From IMG/VR virus record IMGVR_UViG_3300031949_000137, positions 1 through 28,795 of that record: 28,795 nt of DNA; one strand, written 5' to 3'. The position numbers and the translations under genes are program-made. The stretch's first letter is position 1, and each line of letters starts with the position of its first letter. The notes beneath the pieces are model-generated. The model was not told the origin of the DNA, ran no database searches, and saw only the letters and a list, made by a program, of their open reading frames with translations. Shown here piece by piece: positions 24,487 through 28,795 of the stretch. Source of the stretch: a virus (taxonomy: Duplodnaviria > Caudoviricetes).

Positions 24487-27400
24487 GGAAGCTGATTCGC
24501 TTTAGTCTGCTTCTTGGCGATATCTTGTTCTACTTGAGAAATCTGCTTGTTGATGTCGTCAAGCTGCTTTTGCGGATCCCCCGCGAACTTAGGTCGCTGG
24601 TTGGGGCCGCTCAGGAAGTTCTCCAACTCAGCTTTCTGAGCTTGGAGTCTGTCGAGCTTGGATTGGTCGTTCTTGATTTCTTGCTCCAGCTTGGCCTTCT
24701 GAGTGTTGGAGCTAAGCTTGTTCCCGAAGTCGCTCCAGGTCTTCTGGATGTCTCCAAGGTTCGACTTAGCTGCGAGAGCTAAAGCCTCAGGGTCTCCACC
24801 TAGAGCCCGATTCGGGGCGTTGAAGGGTGGAGCAAAAGGTGCCTTCTGTTCCGGGGCAAACTGATCCGGAAAGCGGATCTGATCAGGATTGAGACTCCCC
24901 TGCGGAAGGAGTTCTCCCCGAAGAGCCTTCTCGAACTGCTGGTGGTCGGAATCAAGAGCGGCGTAAAGATTGACGAGAAATTGTTCTATTCGAAGTTGGA
25001 GATCCTTCCCTGAGGAAACTGATGCACCTTTCACAGGGAGACCCTCTGTCAGGGCCGAAGCAACTTCTTCTTGCTGGAATAGGTCGCCAGCGGACGTCCC
25101 CCCAGTGAGTTGCTCGATTGCTGCCAATCCAGCTTGAGTGCCAGCTTCGATCGATCCGGCGTCGATCCCTTCCTGGAAACTAGCACTCTCGAACAAAACT
25201 CTGGCCTTCTGGGCAATGGCCAGAGCTTCGGGGTCTGTCATGACGAGAGGGTCACTCTCATAAAGAGCCAACTGATCCGCCGCCTCTTTGAGCAGACGTT
25301 GCTTCTCCTCAATGGTCTTAGCCTCACCGATCTTCGTAGCTTTTTCGAGAATGGCTTTCCGTTTGGCAACAAGTTCCGGCGAAAGCACACCAAACTCAGA
25401 GGAAGTTCCTGCCTGAGAAGAAGGTAATTTGGATGTGTCCCCTGCCGTGGAGGAGTTGAACAGAGTCTTGACCTGGTAACCGACATTGATAAACGCCAAG
25501 TCCGCTCGACCTAGCAAACACGGACACTCGTCATTCGGAATGGGAGCTTCCTTGACCGCCATCTCGGCTAGAGTCAACGCTCGGCTCAATTGGGAAGCCT
25601 CCACCGTTGGCGGAAGACCCTTCTGGGCTAACGACCCTAGAGGAGCCGTATCAGTGATGAGCTGAAGACCATCCGTGTCCACGTTGAATTCCGGCTTCGT
25701 TGTCTCCGGATTGATCCTGCCCGCTGTCTGGAGATCCTCAGGCTGCAACCTCGCAATGGCATCGGCTGGGTTGGCAAACTTCGAGGTGATTGTTGTGATG
25801 CCTTGGGACTGGGTCGAGAGCATCTCGAATAGACCTCCCGACAAGGCCACCTGAGTGTCGATGTTAGCCCCCTCATTCTTGCCGTTGTTATTCTCTGACA
25901 GGATGAGAGACCCATCCCGGAGAGATACCCCACGCCCATAGCGGAAGTGCCCAATGACCTCGAAACCCCGCTCATCCGACACAGGACGGATCATGGCGGA
26001 TCCCTTCTGACCCTTACCAAAAAAGGCGGGATCTGTCTGGCCAGACACTTTGGCGGTCACCCTGCTCTTTGGAGGGAAGATGATTTCCTTGATCTTCTGG
26101 GAGCTATCGTAGGCGTATGTGTAGACTCCATTGGAATTCAACCCATAAGAGTAGCGATGCGTGAGAGTGTCATCCCGAAGCGCATCGGACTTTTGATACG
26201 AGTACATCTGGTTATTCAGATCCTCGATCTGCTTTGGACCCTGTTCATTCACCGACTTGTAGAGTCTGGACGCTCGTTTGGCCGCATTCTTGTTCTGACC
26301 TGCATTCCCTCCAAGCTGATCCGGAGGAGGAGCGTATGGCCTCGTATAAGCCATGATGACGTTCGGATAGCCGACAATACGCCCCGTCTTCGGATGCCGA
26401 AGGATGAGGGGTTCGTAAGGATTGCTCCCAGACTGGAATTGCTCTTGAGTCGGAATGGACGGCGGGATTTGGGCTGCGTCTCCCACAGTCAACTCGAACG
26501 AGGCTTTGGCTGTTAAGTCACGTCCACTCAAAGTAGCAGCGGATAACTCGTCCGTCGAAAGCTCGGTGACCTTGTTCTTTTTTGGATTCAGATCTGTGTT
26601 GAGACCAGTGAGCTTCAGGGTTCCGATGCCCTTGGGAGAGATGAACTTCTGTCGCTTGGCTGTCAGAGTCACAGTTGTCTGAGCCCGACCACCGAACTGG
26701 ATGTTGTGAGAGATCCCCTGGACATACCAGAACTGATCTTTGGAGGCGACGTAGACAGGAAAGCCAAGCCGAAGTTCAGGTCGTAAAGGTATGCTGACCG
26801 TGCCACGATGCCGGCGGGCATTGTACCGATCAAGCATATCCATCCCAACATAGAACATCATCTGAGTATCGCCCATGAACTCGGAATTGTACGTCTGTTG
26901 TCGCCAACCGTACTTCCGGAGCAGATGGTAGTCCGTAACGCTCGTGAAGGGCGTGGTTTCCTCGCCTGTACCCCAATCTTCATTGCCGCAAAAGTTGCCC
27001 TGCATGACAATCTGGGTCACGACCTCGGCTTCGGATTCCGAGAAGTCCCAGTCGATAACGTCAATGTCCTGGATCCAGGAGACGGGCTTGTTCGGAAGGA
27101 CGTCCAGATTGTAGAACGGAGGCTTGAAGACAATGGAACCATCCACGTCCATGAAGAACTCAAAGCCGATGGCTTCCTTGGCAGCGTTCGCCAGCTCCAA
27201 CTTGGTCTGATACTCGGACTGCCAGAGGTTGATCTGGCCGGCGTTTGTTCCCTGGGTTCTGAAAGCTACGACGTTCTTGTCCGTCGGGTCGTAGACCATC
27301 TGGCCTGCACTCCCGTTGGCTTTACGCACGGCTGCGGAAGCGTATGGCTTCGAGTTGCGTGGACGTCGTTTACCGTTCTGATATTCGTCTTGCAGCACAT

Positions 27401-28133
27401 CTCCACGAACCGTTGCTCCGGTCGTTCCATAGAGCAGAAGATTCGACCTCATTCGGGTGAACCTCCGCTGCCAGTACAACATGATATCCGAGAGAGCTGT
27501 GGCGAAGGTGTCCTTCTGGGACGCTTCCTTGTAGAGAGAGACCAAAGAGCCCGACCCAACTACGACATCCCCGAAGGACTGCTGGGCTAAGGTCCAGATG
27601 ATGTCGTAGGGGTTGGTGCCGTAAAATACATTGCCGAAGATGTTCCGACCCATCCCCGCAGTGGCCCCGGTGAATGCCGGGTTGATGTTCATCTTGCACA
27701 ACTCCCACCACTTGAGAATGTCGCTGCAATTGATAGCGATGGAGTGCTCTCCTCCGGAATAAGAGTCGTTCACCTCGGTGATCATTCCCCAGAAGATGGG
27801 GTAGTATTGGGGTAAGCCCTCGATGAGGTAGTACCCCTTGGCGAAGATTTCGATCTCCATCATTGGGACCAGAAGCAGGTTCCCATCGAAGTAGAGATCG
27901 TCGATGCTGTGCCTCGGGACAGACAGATTGATTGATGCTGACCCTGGGGGGCTGTCTACGTTCAGATCGACCTGGATGGTCGTGATGTACTTATTCAGGT
28001 CGAAGCGTCGCTTGCACTGAGGACAGCCGACGAGGTCCGTCTCACCATTAATGTAGACCAGAGCGTCCGGTGCAGTAACCACAGTGGGTCGCACACCAGC
28101 ACGATAAGTGCCTTGAAACGGTCCTCTAGCCAT
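24483..28133 (-). CDS. Baseplate hub-like protein (gp27 / gpD / gp44 type N-terminal half) with long C-terminal extension (1216 aa)
   Basis: Motifs PGSASINLS, MEIEIFAKGY, IFWGMITEVNDSYSGG...INCSD, EFFMDVDGSIVFKPPFYN, LLRKYGWR and GTVSIPLRPELRLGFPVY...WYVQGISHNIQFGG...TTVTLT are characteristic of hub proteins. Confidence 0.75.
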   Translation of the reverse strand: MARGPFQGTYRAGVRPTVVTAPDALVYINGETDLVGCPQCKRRFDLNKYITTIQVDLNVDSPPGSASINLSVPRHSIDDLYFDGNLLLVPMMEIEIFAKGYYLIEGLPQYYPIFWGMITEVNDSYSGGEHSIAINCSDILKWWELCKMNINPAFTGATAGMGRNIFGNVFYGTNPYDIIWTLAQQSFGDVVVGSGSLVSLYKEASQKDTFATALSDIMLYWQRRFTRMRSNLLLYGTTGATVRGDVLQDEYQNGKRRPRNSKPYASAAVRKANGSAGQMVYDPTDKNVVAFRTQGTNAGQINLWQSEYQTKLELANAAKEAIGFEFFMDVDGSIVFKPPFYNLDVLPNKPVSWIQDIDVIDWDFSESEAEVVTQIVMQGNFCGNEDWGTGEETTPFTSVTDYHLLRKYGWRQQTYNSEFMGDTQMMFYVGMDMLDRYNARRHRGTVSIPLRPELRLGFPVYVASKDQFWYVQGISHNIQFGGRAQTTVTLTAKRQKFISPKGIGTLKLTGLNTDLNPKKNKVTELSTDELSAATLSGRDLTAKASFELTVGDAAQIPPSIPTQEQFQSGSNPYEPLILRHPKTGRIVGYPNVIMAYTRPYAPPPDQLGGNAGQNKNAAKRASRLYKSVNEQGPKQIEDLNNQMYSYQKSDALRDDTLTHRYSYGLNSNGVYTYAYDSSQKIKEIIFPPKSRVTAKVSGQTDPAFFGKGQKGSAMIRPVSDERGFEVIGHFRYGRGVSLRDGSLILSENNNGKNEGANIDTQVALSGGLFEMLSTQSQGITTITSKFANPADAIARLQPEDLQTAGRINPETTKPEFNVDTDGLQLITDTAPLGSLAQKGLPPTVEASQLSRALTLAEMAVKEAPIPNDECPCLLGRADLAFINVGYQVKTLFNSSTAGDTSKLPSSQAGTSSEFGVLSPELVAKRKAILEKATKIGEAKTIEEKQRLLKEAADQLALYESDPLVMTDPEALAIAQKARVLFESASFQEGIDAGSIEAGTQAGLAAIEQLTGGTSAGDLFQQEEVASALTEGLPVKGASVSSGKDLQLRIEQFLVNLYAALDSDHQQFEKALRGELLPQGSLNPDQIRFPDQFAPEQKAPFAPPFNAPNRALGGDPEALALAAKSNLGDIQKTWSDFGNKLSSNTQKAKLEQEIKNDQSKLDRLQAQKAELENFLSGPNQRPKFAGDPQKQLDDINKQISQVEQDIAKKQTKANQLP

Positions 28134-28795
28134 TAGCTGCCTTCAATTCTTTTTCAAGCTTGTCAAGCTGTGCGAAGTAGTAGTCACGGTCGAGACCATT
28201 CCGGAAATTGGCCTCAAGTCGCTGAATCTCAGCCTTGATTTCCTCCTGGGTGCGTACAGCTCCCGGCTCCTTTCCCGGAGGCATAGGGCCAGGATCCTTA
28301 CGGACGAAATCCTGCGCTTCCTCAACGGAAAGGCCCGGGATACCTGCGTTCTGGGCGCCCAGTTCATCTCCACCTGAGGGAAACGGCTTCTGGCCTGTCT
28401 GTGGTTGGATAGCCGGGGCTCCGTAGGCGTACCCTTGCTCCGTCGGACGGTCCAACAAGAACGCTGCCCGAACTGTGAACTCAAACGAGTAGTCCAACGA
28501 GAAAGGTTTGGTGTCATCCTCGGTGATGTTGAACGAGTCGAACGATCCGATGTAGATGATAGTATCGTAGTATAGGTAGACCGAACCAACGAGCGACAGG
28601 TTGAGTCGCTTGTCCGGTTGTGTGTCATCGGGGAGATAGAGCCCGGCGTTGTTCCTATACAGAAGGTACAGGGACATGAAGTTCTGGTAGCTCGCCGAAA
28701 AGTTTCGGCCCATCCGGGTCAAGCCTGGGCCGTTGGATCCTGAATCACTCCCGGGCACTGCTCCAGCCAAAGCATAAAATCCGGACACCGTGCCC
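28126..28795 (-). CDS. Partial (5'-truncated) tail-tube initiator-like protein
   Basis: Frame is open to the right edge. VYLYYDTIIYIGSFDSFNITEDDTKPFSLDYSFEFTV resembles the tube-fold C-terminal motif. Overlaps the hub-like start by 8 nt. Confidence 0.55.
   Translation of the reverse strand, partial: GTVSGFYALAGAVPGSDSGSNGPGLTRMGRNFSASYQNFMSLYLLYRNNAGLYLPDDTQPDKRLNLSLVGSVYLYYDTIIYIGSFDSFNITEDDTKPFSLDYSFEFTVRAAFLLDRPTEQGYAYGAPAIQPQTGQKPFPSGGDELGAQNAGIPGLSVEEAQDFVRKDPGPMPPGKEPGAVRTQEEIKAEIQRLEANFRNGLDRDYYFAQLDKLEKELKAANG

Noticed and set aside
4720-28133. Genome-wide stop-codon reassignment
   Set aside because: TAA, TAG and TGA all terminate genes at sensible junctions and long ORFs are intact under the standard bacterial code.
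265-28426. Numerous plus-strand ORFs (e.g. 22954-23952, 26808-27590, 16676-17278)
   Set aside because: They are antisense shadows of long GC-biased minus-strand genes, with no recognisable motifs.
1-28795. CRISPR arrays, tRNA/rRNA genes, DGR template/variable repeats, invertible segments
   Set aside because: I saw no such nucleotide-level repeats, RNA genes, reverse transcriptase or recombinase. The window is almost entirely coding, though short or degenerate repeats could be missed by eye.

Overview
The window is a single, tightly packed minus-strand operon, most consistent with the tail/baseplate module of a large contractile-tailed (jumbo-type) phage. No capsid, sheath or tape-measure gene lies inside the window, so a contractile injection system cannot be excluded from this sequence alone. 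Order of transcription (right to left): partial tube-initiator-like gene; 1216-aa hub-like protein; 725-aa central-spike-like protein; endonuclease C; 190-aa protein with a three-fold internal repeat; tandem-HNH endonuclease B; 1985-aa repeat-rich structural protein; tandem-HNH endonuclease A; 59-aa, 741-aa and 256-aa unknowns; gp25-like wedge protein; 1148-aa baseplate-J-like protein; gpI-like protein; 168-aa tail-collar-like protein; and a >1400-aa putative receptor-binding protein that runs off the left edge and is absent from the supplied ORF track. Most notable are (i) three free-standing endonuclease genes, two with duplicated HNH modules in one chain, wedged between structural genes by stop/start overlaps; (ii) a candidate non-PAAR pseudo-trimeric spike-tip protein; and (iii) nested lectin-like domains in the left-edge protein. 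All product calls come from motif reading and gene order, not from database searches.
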